From: Octopus sinensis
Taxonomy: Eukaryota
Assembly: GCF_006345805.1 (NCBI RefSeq)
Contig: NC_043023.1
Span: 930,001-994,000, forward strand
Length of the DNA stretch: 64,000 nucleotides
Direction: 5' to 3'
The notes beneath the pieces were generated by a model. It saw nothing but the letters and a program-made list of their open reading frames with translations, searched no databases and was not told the origin of the DNA. The position numbers and the translations under genes are program-made. Shown here one piece after another: positions 1-12,759 of the stretch (position 1 is the first letter of the stretch; each line of letters starts with the position of its first letter).

Positions 1-178
1 ATCTGCCATTACATTCTGAGTTCAAATTCCGCCGAGGTCGACTTTGCCTTTCATCCTTTCAGGGTCGATAAATTAAGTACCAGTTACACACTGGGGTCGA
101 TGTAATCAACTTAATCCCTTTGTCTGTCCTTGTTTGTCCCTTCTATGTTTAGCCCCTTGTGGGTAATAAAGAAATAAG
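1..178 (+). mobile_element. SINE type B, 3' part (window edge)
   Basis: GAGTTCAAATTCC B-box-like motif, GCCTTTCATCCTTTCAGGGTCGATAAATTAAGTACC central domain and AAAGAAATA end; same family at 14867, 19695, 30032, 40845, 59693, 61544 and 61677. Confidence 0.8.
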
Positions 179-400
179 AAGCTGAATGAAGCCCATCATG
201 TGTGTGTGTGTGTGAGTGTTTGTGGTTCTCTGCTTGGCAACCAGTGTTGGTGTGTTTATGTTCTTGTAACTTATCAATTTGGCAAAAGAGATCAATGGAA
301 TAAGCATTAGGCTTAAAAATATTCCTGGGATCAATTTATTTGACTAAAGCTCTTCAAGGCAGTACCCCAGCATGGCTTCAGTCAAATGACTGAAACAAGC
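179..400 (+). mobile_element. SINE type A (CORE-like), 3' half
   Basis: Matches the 3' half of the abundant SINE (GAAGCCC...CCAGCATGG...GTCAAATGACTGAAACAAG). Confidence 0.75.
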
Positions 401-481
401 AATGGCGTAGTTTAAGAGTGCAGGCTACTAACCCCAAGATTCTGAGTTCGATTCCAAGCAGTGACCTGAACAATAATATAA

Positions 482-518
<37 letters not shown>

Positions 519-616
519 TTGAAGATAGGAATGAGAACCCAGGTTCGAAATTTCCCCAAGACAACAAACAAGGTGAGGGACAAATATCCATCAAATGTAA
601 ATAATGTAAATAATGA
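400..616 (+). mobile_element. tRNA-headed SINE type D with the hammerhead segment deleted
   Basis: Homologous to 35569-35805 (tRNA-like head with GTTCGATTCC B box, (AAT)n, GGAATGAGAACCCAGGTTC) but jumps from CCCCAAGACA to ACAAACAAG. Confidence 0.75.
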
Positions 617-1589
617 AAAGATACGGCTGACCCCAGGACTATTTTAAAGCCTAATGCTTATTCTATTGGTCTCTTTTGCCAAACTGATAAGTTACAGGAA
701 CATAAACACACCAACACCGGTTGCCAAGCAGAGAACAACAAGGTTGCCTCACATGTTGGCTTGATGTGATTGGTCAATTAATTGGCTGATCACAGGAATT
801 AAATGTTACTAAGCTGTGATTTTTACTTGGCAATTTGCTGATTGCACCATCAGTTTCACTGTTCATGACCATCTTCGATCCAGGGGCAAGACCAGGTCAG
901 AATGACAGGGGATGGAGATGGATGCAGGGAATGACCAAGGCATCTTGTTTAGCCCGGGGTTACAGTAGAAAACACTTGCCCAAGGTGTCATGCAGTGGGA
1001 CTGAACCTAGAACCTTGTGGTTGGAAAGAAGACTACCTACCACACAGCCATGCCTGTACCTAAATATATGCATACCTTCACACACACACACACACACAAT
1101 TGTACATATACCTATCAACGAGTTTTGGCATAGGATATCCTATGTTCAAACACACACATACACACAAATATACACACACACAGACACATATACACACACC
1201 TATACACACACACAGATACACTCACACACACATATGCAGACATACACACACATGCTCACACACACACATGTTCACAAACACACATACGCAGACATGTACA
1301 CAAACACACACACACATACGCAGACACGTACACACACACACGCATGTTCACACATGCACATATCTAGACACACACTCACACACACACACGCCCATGTAAC
1401 ATCACTTCCACAGCAACCTCCGGAGTACAATAATTGTCTACAATTCACCTCCACCCAATCAACCTCCATCACCATCCTATTGTATCCACCACCACCTTCC
1501 TCTCTTCTCTTCCCCTCCCCCATGGAGTACTTCAATGATAACTTGGTTTCCAATCCATAAAGTGAAAATTGAAAGCTGTCATTGTTGCA

Positions 1590-2621
1590 GTTTAGTGGTG
1601 TTGTTGTTGTTGTTGATGTTGTTGTTGGTGTTGTTGTTGTTTTTGTTGTTGGTGGTGGTGGTGTTACTAATGCATTAGTTGTGGTTACTTTTAGTTAATG
1701 TTGGGACCATTACTACTGCTGCTGCTGCTGCAGTAGTGGTAGTAGAAGTGGTAGTAGAGTAGTAGTAGTAGTAGTAGTATGAGAAAAATAGGAAGAATGA
1801 GGAGGAAGAAGAAGAATTGGAAGAACAAGAATTAGGAGGAGGAAAAGAAGAAGAACAACAACAAAAATGGAAGAATGGAAGAAGAAGAAGAAGAAGAAGA
1901 ATTAGGAGGAGGAGGAGGAAAAGAAGAAGAAGGATGCGAAGAAGATGGAGGAGAAAAAGATGAAGGAGGAGGAGAAGGAGAAGAAGAATAAGAAAAAGAA
2001 GAAAAAGAAGAAGAATTAGGAGGAGAAGAAGAGGAAGAAAAAGAAGAAGAGGAAGAAAAAGAAGAAGAAGAAACAACAGAATTTGGTGAATAGGAATAAG
2101 AAGAATTTGAGGAAGAATTATTTTTGTTATTGTTTATTGTTTTGTCTTCTCCCTCCTCTTCTGCCCCGTTTCCTCTTCTCATTCTTCTTGTACTTGTTAT
2201 CATCGTTCTTCCTGTTGTAACCATTGTCCACCATTCACTGTCGCTGGAGTAACTGTTGCTGTTAACCATCACCATCACCACCATCATCATCACCATCACC
2301 ATCACCATCATCATCACCACTACCACCATCATCATCATCACCACCACCACCATCATCATCATCACCATCATCATCATCACCATCATCATCATTATCACTA
2401 TCATCATCACTATCATCATCACCATCATCATCACCACCACCACCATCATCATCATCACCACCACCACCATCATCATCACCATCATCATCATCACCATCAC
2501 CACCATCACCATCACCACCACCATCATCATCACCACCATCACCATCATCATCATCATCATCACCACCATCACCATCACCACCACCATCATCATCACCATC
2601 ATCATCATCATCATCATCACC

Positions 2622-2652
<31 letters not shown>

Positions 2653-2654
2653 CC

Positions 2655-2686
<32 letters not shown>

Positions 2687-2843
2687 CATCATCATCACCA
2701 CCATCATCATCATCATCATCACCACCATCACCATCACCACCACCATCATCATCACCACCATCACCATCATCATCATCATCATCACCACCATCACCATCAC
2801 CACCACCATCATCATCATCATCATCATCATCACCATCATCACC

Positions 2844-2874
<31 letters not shown>

Positions 2875-2876
2875 CC

Positions 2877-2908
<32 letters not shown>

Positions 2909-3053
2909 CATCATCATCACCACCATCATCATCATCATCATCATCCACCACCATCATCAACCATCATCATCATCACCATCCCATCATCATCACACAACCA
3001 TCACAATCATCATCATCATCATCACCACCACCATCATCATCACCATCATCATC

Positions 3054-3085
<32 letters not shown>

Positions 3086-4230
3086 CATCATCATCACCAC
3101 CATCATCATCATCATCATCATCACCACCATCATCACCATCATCATCATCACCATCATCATCATCACCACCATCACCATCACCACCATCACCATCACCACC
3201 ACCATCATCATCACCATCATCATCATCATCATCATCATCATCACCACCATCATCATCATCATCATCATCATCATCACCACCATCATCATCACCATCATCA
3301 TCACCATCATCACCATCATCATCATCACCACCACCATCATCACCACCATCATCATCATCACCACCACCATCATCACCACCATCATCATCATCACCACCAC
3401 CATCATCACCACCATCACCATCAACATCACCATCATCACCATCATCACCATCATCATCATCATCGCTATCATTGTCGTTCTTGTTATTACTCTTGTACCG
3501 TTTACCAATCGATAACGTGTTTCCCAACCATTGCAGCAATTGCCTTACTGCTGCCTGCTGCTGTTGCTTGTGCTGTTGTTGTTGTTGTTGTTGTATTCGT
3601 TTGTTGCTCACCTCGTAAATCAACCGAACAACAGGTAGACATGACATTTTGAGTGTTCCGAGTCATTGAGCTGATAGTCGGAGTATGGTTATTGATGGCG
3701 GGAAGCGGTGGCGCGGGGGGGGGAGGTTCCAGATCGGCGGGGGTGGGTGGGGGGGAGAGGAAGCGGAGAAGCGGAGAGGTGTGTGTGGTGGTGGTGGTGG
3801 TGGGGAGGGAGGTATATGATGGACTATTAGCTTCCACCACTATAACTATGACAGCAATGATGACGACAACGACGACGATGACGACGATGACGGCAACAGT
3901 AATGACAAGAACAATGGTTAATGGGGGCGGGGTGGGGGGAGTGGGGGTTGTCGACGGGAGGTGGGGGTTGGCAGGTGGGTGGGTGGGTGGGTGGGTGGGT
4001 GGACGGAGGGTGTAGTGGGAGATGTATAGAGTATTAGCTTTGTCATCAACATCAGCAACAACAATAATGATGATGGCCACCACAACGACAGCAGCTGTTG
4101 ATGGGGACGGAGGATAAGTAGCACAAACAGCTGTAATAGTAACAACAGCAACAATAACAACAACAATAATAACAACAACAACAACAACCGTAACTGCAAC
4201 AGCAGCTGCAACAACTACAACAGCTGGTTT
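1590..4230. repeat. Compound trinucleotide low-complexity island: (GTT)n, (GTA)n, (GAA/GGA)n, 1.2 kb (CAT/CAC)n at 2265-3465, G-rich block, (AAC)n
   Basis: Directly visible; produces the poly-I/T, M/V and D/G ORFs. Confidence 0.9.
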
Positions 4231-4536
4231 TGGGAGAATGGCTACTGATGATGAGGAACGGAATATTTCGTTGCTTGCTTAAGTCGTTGGACTGTGGCCA
4301 TGCTGGGGCACTGCTGGGCCTTGAAGGGTTTACTTCCAGGCAAATCGATCCCAGTACGTTTTTTTTAATTTTTAAAGCCTGCTACTTTTTATGGCAGTCG
4401 CTTTTGACAAACTGCTAAGTCACAGGGATGTAAACAAACCAACACAAGTTGTCAAGTTGTGGTGGGGACAGTCTCAATAGAAATACAGATGCACACACAC
4501 AGATATATGCACACACACACACATAAATTTATATAT

Positions 4537-4571
<35 letters not shown>

Positions 4572-5902
4572 AGTCCTGGGGTTGTTTTGCTCGACTAATG
4601 GTTGTGCTCCAGCATGGCCGCAGTCAAATGACTGAAACAAGTAAAAGTGTAAAAGAATATATATATATATATGTGTGTGTGTGGTGAAAGCCCACCAAAT
4701 GTGTGTGTATATATATATATATATATATGTATGTTTGTATGTATATATACACACACACATTTGGTGGGCTTCCACACAGTTTCTGCTTACCAAATCCACT
4801 CACAAGGCATTGGTCCTCCTGGGGCTACAATTGAAGACACTTACCCAAACTTCTGCACAGAGGGACTGAACTCAAGACCACGTGTTTTGGAATCAAGCTT
4901 TTTAACCGCACCAAATCCTGTTCCTGTGCGTAGCACAAATAGCTTACATAAGTAACAACAAGAGCTGGCAGTAGAGTACATGGGTTGATAAGAGAGGAAG
5001 GGTAAGAAGAGTATAAAAGGTTGGGTGGCCCTTTTTTTGTCATTAGGTCAATGGGAGAGAAAGAGCTATCACTGTTTGATTGGTTTCAGTCAGTTGTGGC
5101 TGAAAAGGGTTTGTTTATGTACATTTTCCATTCACTAGTTAGCAAGTGAAGACAATGCTTCCAACATGAATTTTCAATCATGTGGGCACTGACTAAACAT
5201 CTCACTTTTTGAATATAAGAAGGCACCTGGACCTAGAAAACTTTTACCTCTCAGTCAAGCAAAATTTGCATTATCTTCTTCCATTAAGGTATGGTCCAGG
5301 TTGTTCCAGGTGTGTCCAAAAAACTCTGTATGGCATTCCTTACTGCACAATCATGCTTGTGCCTATATATATATTTTTATACACATACACACATGTGTAT
5401 ATACGACAAGCTTCTTTGCTTTCTGTCCACCAAATCCACTCACAAGGCTTTGGTTGGCCCAAGGCTATGATACGAGATACTTACCCAAGGTGCCATACTG
5501 TGGGACTGAACCCTGGAATTATGTGGTTGGGAAGCAAGCTTCTTACTACACAGCCATGCTTGTGCCTTTGTGTATATATCAATAGATAGATAGATAGATG
5601 ATAGATAGATACGTACATACATACATACCATTTACTGCTTTTTCATTTTCACTGGGAAAGACCAGCAGAAACAAAGGCCGCTTGCCTTGAGTAACCATAT
5701 TTCTTATTGCTTTCAGTTCTATTCAACGTTCCAAGAATATAATTACATCACCTCATATAGTTTAAAATCTTACATTCACCCATGTTTACAAATGTTAATG
5801 ATTCCGCGCTCTACATAATTATTCTATAATATAATACCCGTTTATTACAGTTTATCTCTCTGTTGCTTTCATATATATACATACATGCACACATTAATAT
5901 AT

Positions 5903-5938
<36 letters not shown>

Positions 5939-6367
5939 TATATATATATATACGCTTACTGTGTTAGTGTTTTATTAATCTCTCATGTTATCTTTATAAT
6001 TTCATATACAACATCGCTAGAAAATTAATGTTTCTTTCCAATTGCTGTCATGCTAGCTTCAATTTATTATCATTTGGTTATATATCGTTTGGCGATATAT
6101 GTCCTTATCGTCTATGAATTTGCTTGAGAATTATTCTTTTCAGAGTGTCCATACATTTTCGTTCATGTAAAATCACTTCCCTACAGTGTGGTTCATTAAA
6201 CATCAACTCCCACCTACACACACACACACACCTATGTACACATGGGCTTTACTCTGTTATCAACAGAATGAATTACCCATACAGCTCCTGCACACATGCA
6301 CACACACATATGTGTATCTCTCTCTCTCTCTCACTATATATATATATATGCATTTACTATTTTCTCT

Positions 6368-6760
6368 TTTACTCTTTTACTTGTTTCAGTCATTTGACTG
6401 TGGCCATGCTGGAGCACCACCTTTAGTCGAGCAAATCGACCCCACAACTTATTCTTTGTAAGCCTAGTACTTATTCTATCAGTCTCTTTTTCCGAACCGC
6501 TAAGTTACGGGGACGTAAACACACCAGCATCGGTTCTCAAGCGATGTTAGGAAGACAAACACAGGCACACAAACACATATACACACACACACACATACAT
6601 ATACATATATACGACGGGCTTCTTTCAGTTTCCGTCTACCAAATCCACTCACAAGGCTTTGGTCGGCCCGAGGCTATAGTAGCTGCCATGTAGTGGGACT
6701 GAACCCTGAACCATGTGGTTGGTTAGCAAGCTACTTACCACACAGCCACTCCTACGCCTA
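6368..6760 (-). mobile_element. SINE type A (tRNA-derived, CORE-like), near full length
   Basis: Head with A box TGGCTGTGTGG and B box GGTTCAGTCCC; internal (TA/TG)n; (AAAAGAGT)n tail. Confidence 0.85.
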
Positions 6761-6761
6761 T

Positions 6762-6800
<39 letters not shown>

Positions 6801-6805
<5 letters not shown>

Positions 6806-6963
6806 CATTTGTATATTTAGGGAAAAACCACTTGGTGGATAACCAATACACTAGAAGAAGATCATATACGATCTAACTACAAAGAAAAAAGATCGTATGT
6901 GATCTTCTTCTAGTGTATTGGTTCTCCACCAAGTGGTTTTTCCCTAAATATACAAATGTATAA
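6801..6963. repeat. Near-perfect palindrome, ~73 bp arms and ~15 bp loop, within (TA)n
   Basis: TTATACATTTGTATATTTAGGGAAAAACCACTTGGTGGA... mirrored by ...TCCACCAAGTGGTTTTTCCCTAAATATACAAATGTATAA. Confidence 0.9.
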
Positions 6964-6976
6964 TATATATATATAT

Positions 6977-7151
6977 AGGCGTAGGAGTGGCTGTGTGGTA
7001 AGTAGCTTGCTAACCAACCACATGGTTCAGGTTCAGTCGCACTGCGTAGCACCTTGGGCAAGTGTCTTCTGCTATAGCCTCGGGCTGACCAATGCCTTGT
7101 GAGTGGATTTGGTAGATGGAAACTGAAAGAAGCCTGTCGTATATATGTATG

Positions 7152-7186
<35 letters not shown>

Positions 7187-7395
7187 TTGTGTGTCTGTGT
7201 TTGTCCCCCTACCATTGCTTGACAACCGATGCTGGTGTGTTTACGTCCCCGTCACTTAGTGGTTCAGCAAAAAGAGACCAATAGAATAAGTACTGGGGCT
7301 TACAAAGAATAACTCCTGGGGTCGAGTTGCTCGACTAAAGGTGGTGCTCCAGCATGGCCGCAGTCAAATGACTGAAACAAGTAAAAGAGTAAAAG
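6977..7395 (+). mobile_element. SINE type A, full length
   Basis: AGGCGTAGGAGTGGCTGTGTGG head; GCACCTTGGGCAAGTGTCTTCT resembles the CORE domain of MIR-type SINEs. Confidence 0.85.
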
Positions 7396-7404
7396 AGAAT
7401 GTAT

Positions 7405-7790
7405 AGGTTCAGGCATGGTTGTGTGGTAAGAAGCTTGCTTCTGAACCACAGGGATCTAGGTTCCATCCCACAGCTTGGAACCTTGGGTAAATGTCTTCTA
7501 CTATAGCTGCAGGTCAACCAAAACCTTGTCAATGAATTTGGTAGATGGAAACTGAAAGAAGCCCATCGAATATATATATGTGGGGGAGCATGTGTGCGTG
7601 CATGCATGTGTGTGTGTCCCCCATTGCCACTTGACAACGAGTGTTGTTGTGTTTTTACACCCATAACTTAGCGGTTTGACAAAAGAGCCCAATAGAACAA
7701 GGTACCAAGCTTTAAAAAACACTTACTGGGGTCTGTTTGTTCAACTAATTTCCTTCAATGTGGTTCCCCTGTCTAATGATTGAAACAGTT
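7405..7790 (+). mobile_element. SINE type A, older diverged copy
   Basis: Same architecture with many substitutions. Confidence 0.7.
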
Positions 7791-7904
7791 AGAAGTTAGA
7801 AACCTTGTGATGAACCAGTGTCCTGTTCAGCAAGAAATACATACACAGTGGTGTCAAAAGGTTCCTGGACTATGATTGTATGTATGTATGCATGCATGTA
7901 TGTA

Positions 7905-8240
7905 TGTAAAGCTGGACTCAAGAGTCATCTTCGTAGTCATAAAACGAGACAGATGAGTGACAACCTGGTCACTGGTGGTGGTGTAACACACCATACTAAT
8001 CATATCTGTCGGGAATGTGGAAGAGAGTGTAATTTGGCGGGAGGACTTAAACGACATGCAAAGGTACATGAAGCCCAGTTACAACTACAGCTGGCTACTG
8101 CCGGTAAAGGTTTTATCTGCCAATTCTGTACAAGACATTGTAGAACTTTAGCTGGGTTAAAAAGTCACATTCGATCACAGCACCAATAACAGTTAAGCTT
8201 CGTGCAATGGCCAAACTCGATAACGAGGGGGCAGCCATCA
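7905..8240 (+). mobile_element. 5'-truncated LINE 3' end (RTE-like) encoding C2H2 zinc fingers
   Basis: AGLKSHLRSH, CRECGRECNLAGGLKRHAKVH, CQFCTRHCRTLAGLKSHIRSQH then stop, a short 3'UTR with CTCGATAACGAG hairpin, and (TGTA)n on both flanks; resembles RTE C-terminal GLxSHxRxH fingers. Confidence 0.7.
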
Positions 8241-8529
8241 TGTATGTATTTATGCATGACATTGTTCAATTCTATTTCAAGATTTCTTGTCAATAGAGAA
8301 AGAGGCGGTTTCTAACCTATATCTAATGTTCCTTCATTGGAATTTCAACATCAACAACAAGGTAATTTTGTATATATATTTGTATATGTGTAGATTTGTA
8401 TGCTTTGTTTTATGTATGTATTCTCATGCATATAGTTGCATATCTAGACATGCTCATATATACTCAAATGATAAACTTCTGGAAAGTTTGACAGATATTT
8501 ACAGTTCCAGTGATGGATTGGACTTATAG

Positions 8530-8705
8530 CCTTCAGATAATCTTTCTCCTTTTTGGTTATTAGAATCCTAATTTCTCAAGATTGGTATTTAGGGAGTGCA
8601 TTACATATCCCAGGGCCCCATTGATTACAAGTATAAACCTGAACTTGTAATCTGGATAGAGTAACTGCAAATTTCTCAATAGTTCAGCATAGGTATTCTT
8701 TTTTT
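8530..8705 (-). mobile_element. Restriction-like endonuclease C-terminus remnant of a non-LTR retrotransposon (R4/NeSL-like)
   Basis: KKNTYAELLRNLQLLYPDYKFRFILVINGALGYVMHSLNTNLEKLGF matches the KxxKY...IGALG...L..LG pattern. Confidence 0.65.
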
Positions 8706-8730
8706 CACATGTATGTACGTATGTATATAT

Positions 8731-8980
8731 GTAACGGGAAGCTTTATGAAAATAAACAAAAGACGAAGGCAGGTGGAATACAAACAAACAATTGTTTTAT
8801 TTATATTCCTGAGCGCCATACTAATACAATTGTTTGTTTGTATTCCACCTGCCTTCGTCTTTATATTCCTGAGCGCCATACTAATACAAGTCTTTTACGT
8901 TTCGAGCCTACGCTCTTCAACAGAAAGATACACAGAAAAGAAACACGGAGAGAAACAAGGAGAGAAAAAAATGCGTGCAG
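8731..8980 (-). mobile_element. Fold-back Penelope-LTR-like element with variant minimal hammerhead at 8891-8928
   Basis: Inverted repeat 8759-8796 vs 8827-8862; minus strand UCUUU CUGUUGA A GAGC guag GCUC GAAA CG UA AAAGA; relatives at 10410-10450 and 25480-25640. Confidence 0.55.
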
Positions 8981-9223
8981 AAGCTGTATGTATGTATGTA
9001 TGTATGTATGTATGTCTGTCTGTCTCTCTGTCTGTCTGTATGTATGTATGTATGTATGTATGTATGTATGTATGTATGTATGTATGTATGTATGTATGTA
9101 TATGCATGTGTTGTATGTCTTACTTTTTTCTTGTCCATCCCAAAGAACAATATCTGGCTAGTTATCCTTGCACTCGGTTGAAATTTTGATGGAAATGTTC
9201 CACGAACATTGCTGGTGTTGATG

Positions 9224-9265
<42 letters not shown>

Positions 9266-9729
9266 AACACAAATGCATAACGTTTATTACATGAATATAT
9301 ATCATATATTTTAGTATGATACACAAACATCATATAAAATACACACACACATGTATACACAGGCACCTAATCACAAATACTCGACACATATACTCACACA
9401 CGTGTGTTTGTATATACATACATATATATATATATATGTATAGACTCACACACACACACATACTGGAGTACACAAAGAGAATTTCATATCATATAAAATA
9501 TCCATCAAATTTATAGCATGGATGTGTGTTTGTGTAAAAAAAAAACCAATGGCAGTTAAAATATATATGGCCACTAGGGACTGTAAAAGAACGGCCATAT
9601 TGAATTGCCTTTCATCAGACACTTATCTTAAAATATTATCTTTTTAAATAATTAGCATTAATTGAAACAGCATACATACATACGTACATACATACATACG
9701 TTCATATATATATGTATATATCTATATAT

Positions 9730-10018
9730 AGAGAGAGATTGATAGACAGAGAGAAAAGGAGAGAGATTGATAGACAGAGAGAGAGAGAGAGAGAGAAAGG
9801 GAGAGAGATTGATAGACAGAGAGAGAGAGAGAGAGAAAGGGAGAGAGATTGATAGACAGAGAGAGAGAAAGAGAGAAAGGGAGAGAGATTGATAGACAGA
9901 GAGAGAGAGAGAGAAAGGGAGAGAGATTGATAGACAGAGAGAGGAGAGAGAGAGAGAAAGGGAGAGAGATTGATAGACAGAGAGAGAGAGAGAGAGAAAG
10001 GGAGAGAGATTGATAGAC

Positions 10019-10049
<31 letters not shown>

Positions 10050-10205
10050 TTGATAGACAGAGAGAGAGAGAGAGAAAGGGAGAGAGATTGATAGACAGAG
10101 AGAGAGAGAGAGAGAGAAAGGGAGAGAGATTGATAGACAGAGAGAGAGAGAGAGAGAGAAAGGGAGAGAGATTGATAGACAGAGAGAGAGAAAGGGAGAG
10201 AGATA
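9730..10205. repeat. (GA)n-based minisatellite, ~40 bp unit AAAGGGAGAGAGATTGATAGACA(GA)n
   Basis: About 12 visible units. Confidence 0.9.
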
Positions 10206-10447
10206 CATGTGTATGTACATATATATATCTTATATGTGATGTGTGTATATGTATATTTATATATATGCATGTGTGTATGTGTGAATTTATAATATGTATA
10301 TATATCTGAATGTGTACATTAATATATATGTGTGTGTATGCTTAGGCGTATGTATGGGCATGTTATGTAAATGTGTGTATATGCACATGTGTCTGTGTGT
10401 ATATATATTTTGCCTTCGTCTTTTGTTTATTTTCATAAAGCTTCCCG

Positions 10448-10486
<39 letters not shown>

Positions 10487-11112
10487 TACATGGGTGTTTA
10501 TAAATTTCTTTGTGACTAGTTTCCTGTAAAATAATCACAAATTAACATATATCATGGAGAGAAAGAGGCAGGAATGTTTGTGCGTGTATGTGTGTGCGTG
10601 TATGTGTGTGTGTGTATGTGTGTGTGTGTGCATGTGTTTAGCAAGCAGAACGCACCTCTGAGGCATATTTTTTCTGCGTTATTTTTGATAATGATAATCA
10701 ACATCCATATACTCTCCCTCCATACACACACACGTCATCATCACCGTCATCACATCATTATCATCACCATCATCATCGTCATAATCATCATCACCACCAT
10801 CATCACCATTACTCGTACAAATATATATATAGGTGTGTGTGTGCTGACTGCTGCACAGTTTCCATGCAGAGCCTTACACAAGTTATAATAGAAGGCCAGA
10901 ATGACTGAAGATATATGGTAAGTCACAAAGCCACGGCTGTGTGGTAAGAAGCTTGCTTCCCAACCACATGGTTCCAGGTTCAGTCCTACTGCGTGGCACC
11001 TTGGGCAAATGTCTTCTGTTGTAGCCTTGGGCATATCAAAGCCTTCTAAGTGGAATATGTAGACAGAAAAGGGTACACATGTCTGTGGAGTACTCAGCCA
11101 CTTGCACCTTAG

Positions 11113-11455
11113 CAAAGGGACATGGCTCAGTGGGTAGAGTGTTTGATTTACAGTCATGAAGTTGTGAGTTCGATTCCCGAGCCAGGCTGCGTGTTGTGTT
11201 CTTGAGCAAGACACTTTATTTCATGTTGCTCCAGTTCACTCAGCTGTAGAAATGAGTTGTGGTGTCACAGGTGCCAAGCTGTATCGGCCCCTTTGCCTTT
11301 CCCTTGGATAACATCAGTGGCGTGGAGAGGGGAGGCTGGAATGCAGAGGCGATTGCTGGTCTTCCATAAACAACCTTGCCTGGACTTGTGTACCTCGGAG
11401 GGTAACTTTCCAGGTGCAATCCCATGGTCATTCATGATGAAAAGAGGTCTTTACT
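11113..11455 (+). mobile_element. tRNA-headed SINE type C (V-domain-like)
   Basis: TGGCTCAGTGG A box, GTTCGATTCC B box, TGTGTTCTTGAGCAAGACACTT; other copies on the minus strand at ~25300-25445, 41860-42095, 46800-47130, 52290-52382. Confidence 0.7.
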
Positions 11456-11709
11456 AGGATTATAGGAGATAACAAATATCTTATTAGTGCTTCAGTAATG
11501 AGAATACTACACACACTTATGATATCTTTTACCCCTCTCTTGTTTGGGTCCTGCTGGGGTACTGCCTAGACAGCTTTTCATTATACACATTGACCCTAGT
11601 TTTCAAAGTCTGGTGCTTATCTTATCTGTCTTTTCACCAAACTGCTAAGTTATGGGAATGCAAACAAACCAATGGTGGTTATCAAGTGGTGGAGGTTACA
11701 GACAAAAAC

Positions 11710-12110
11710 ATCATCATCATCATCATCATCTTCGTTTAGCGTCCGCTTTCCATGCTAGCATAGGTTGGACAGTTCAACTGGGGTCTGGGAAGCCAGAAGG
11801 CTGCACCAGGCCCAGTCTGATCTGGCAATGTTTCTACGGCTGGATGCCCTTCCTAACGCCAACCACTCCTTGAGTGTAGTGGGTGCTTTTTACGTGCCAC
11901 TGGCACAGGTGCCAGACGGGGCTGGCAATTGGCCACGATCGGATGGTGCTTTTTACGGGCCAGGCGAGGCTGGCAATGGCCACGATCAGATGGTGCTTTT
12001 TACGTGCCACTGGCACGGAGGCCCGTTGGGGTGGCACTGGCAATGGCCACATTCGGATGGTTCGCTTACGTGCCACCGGCACTGGTATCACAGCTACAAT
12101 TTCCATTGAT
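11710..12110 (-). mobile_element. RTE LINE 3'UTR fragment with (GAT)n tail
   Basis: Homologous to the 3'UTR of the element at 23735-24432. Confidence 0.75.
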
Positions 12111-12289
12111 ATATATATGTATGTATGTATGTATGAATGAATGCATGCATGCATGCATGCATGCATGCATGCATGCATGTATGTATGTATGTATGTATGT
12201 ATGTATGTATGTATGTATGTATGTATGTATGTATGTATGTATGTATGTATGTATGTATAGGAAAAAAGCAACAAGAATGGATTAAATTA

Positions 12290-12373
12290 TCGGTACAATT
12301 CTTTCGTACGAGGACATCTTTAATAAGCTACAAAAAATGCAGTAAATATAGATGGCTCGTACTCGTCAGCCGA
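12290..12373 (-). ncRNA. Type I hammerhead ribozyme motif (one helix III substitution)
   Basis: UCGG CUGACGA GUACGAG...CUCGUAC GAAA GAAUUG UA CCGA; 7 bp helix II base and 4 bp helix I. Confidence 0.75.
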
Positions 12374-12759
12374 AAAAACATCAGAGATTCCCAAACATCA
12401 AAAGGGGTAGATACAAATGAGGGTGTGAGTTTAACTGCATTGAAGAAAGTTCGATTCCTGGAGATCCGATGAAAGGTCTTGAACTTACAGAATTTGTGCA
12501 TGTCCATATATAGTTCATAGTGAATTGTTAATCAAGTTATGTGAAGAAATTTTGGATACAATCGTGCGAAATTTCTGAGAATACGAGTAAGAAGCAAAGT
12601 CTATATATGGTCTATATATGTATGTATGTATGTATGTATCCTGTGAGCAGCGAAGATTGAGGAATTACAATCTATGCACATGCTGTGGATTTTTAATGTT
12701 TTTAAATGTTCCTCATACTGTGGTTCATGTATTCATCTGAAGAAAACGGTTTTTTATAA

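Noticed and set aside
9545-9625. Minus-strand CUGAUGA with a GGCA...UGCC stem
   Set aside because: No GAAA or helix III follows; at best a truncated relic
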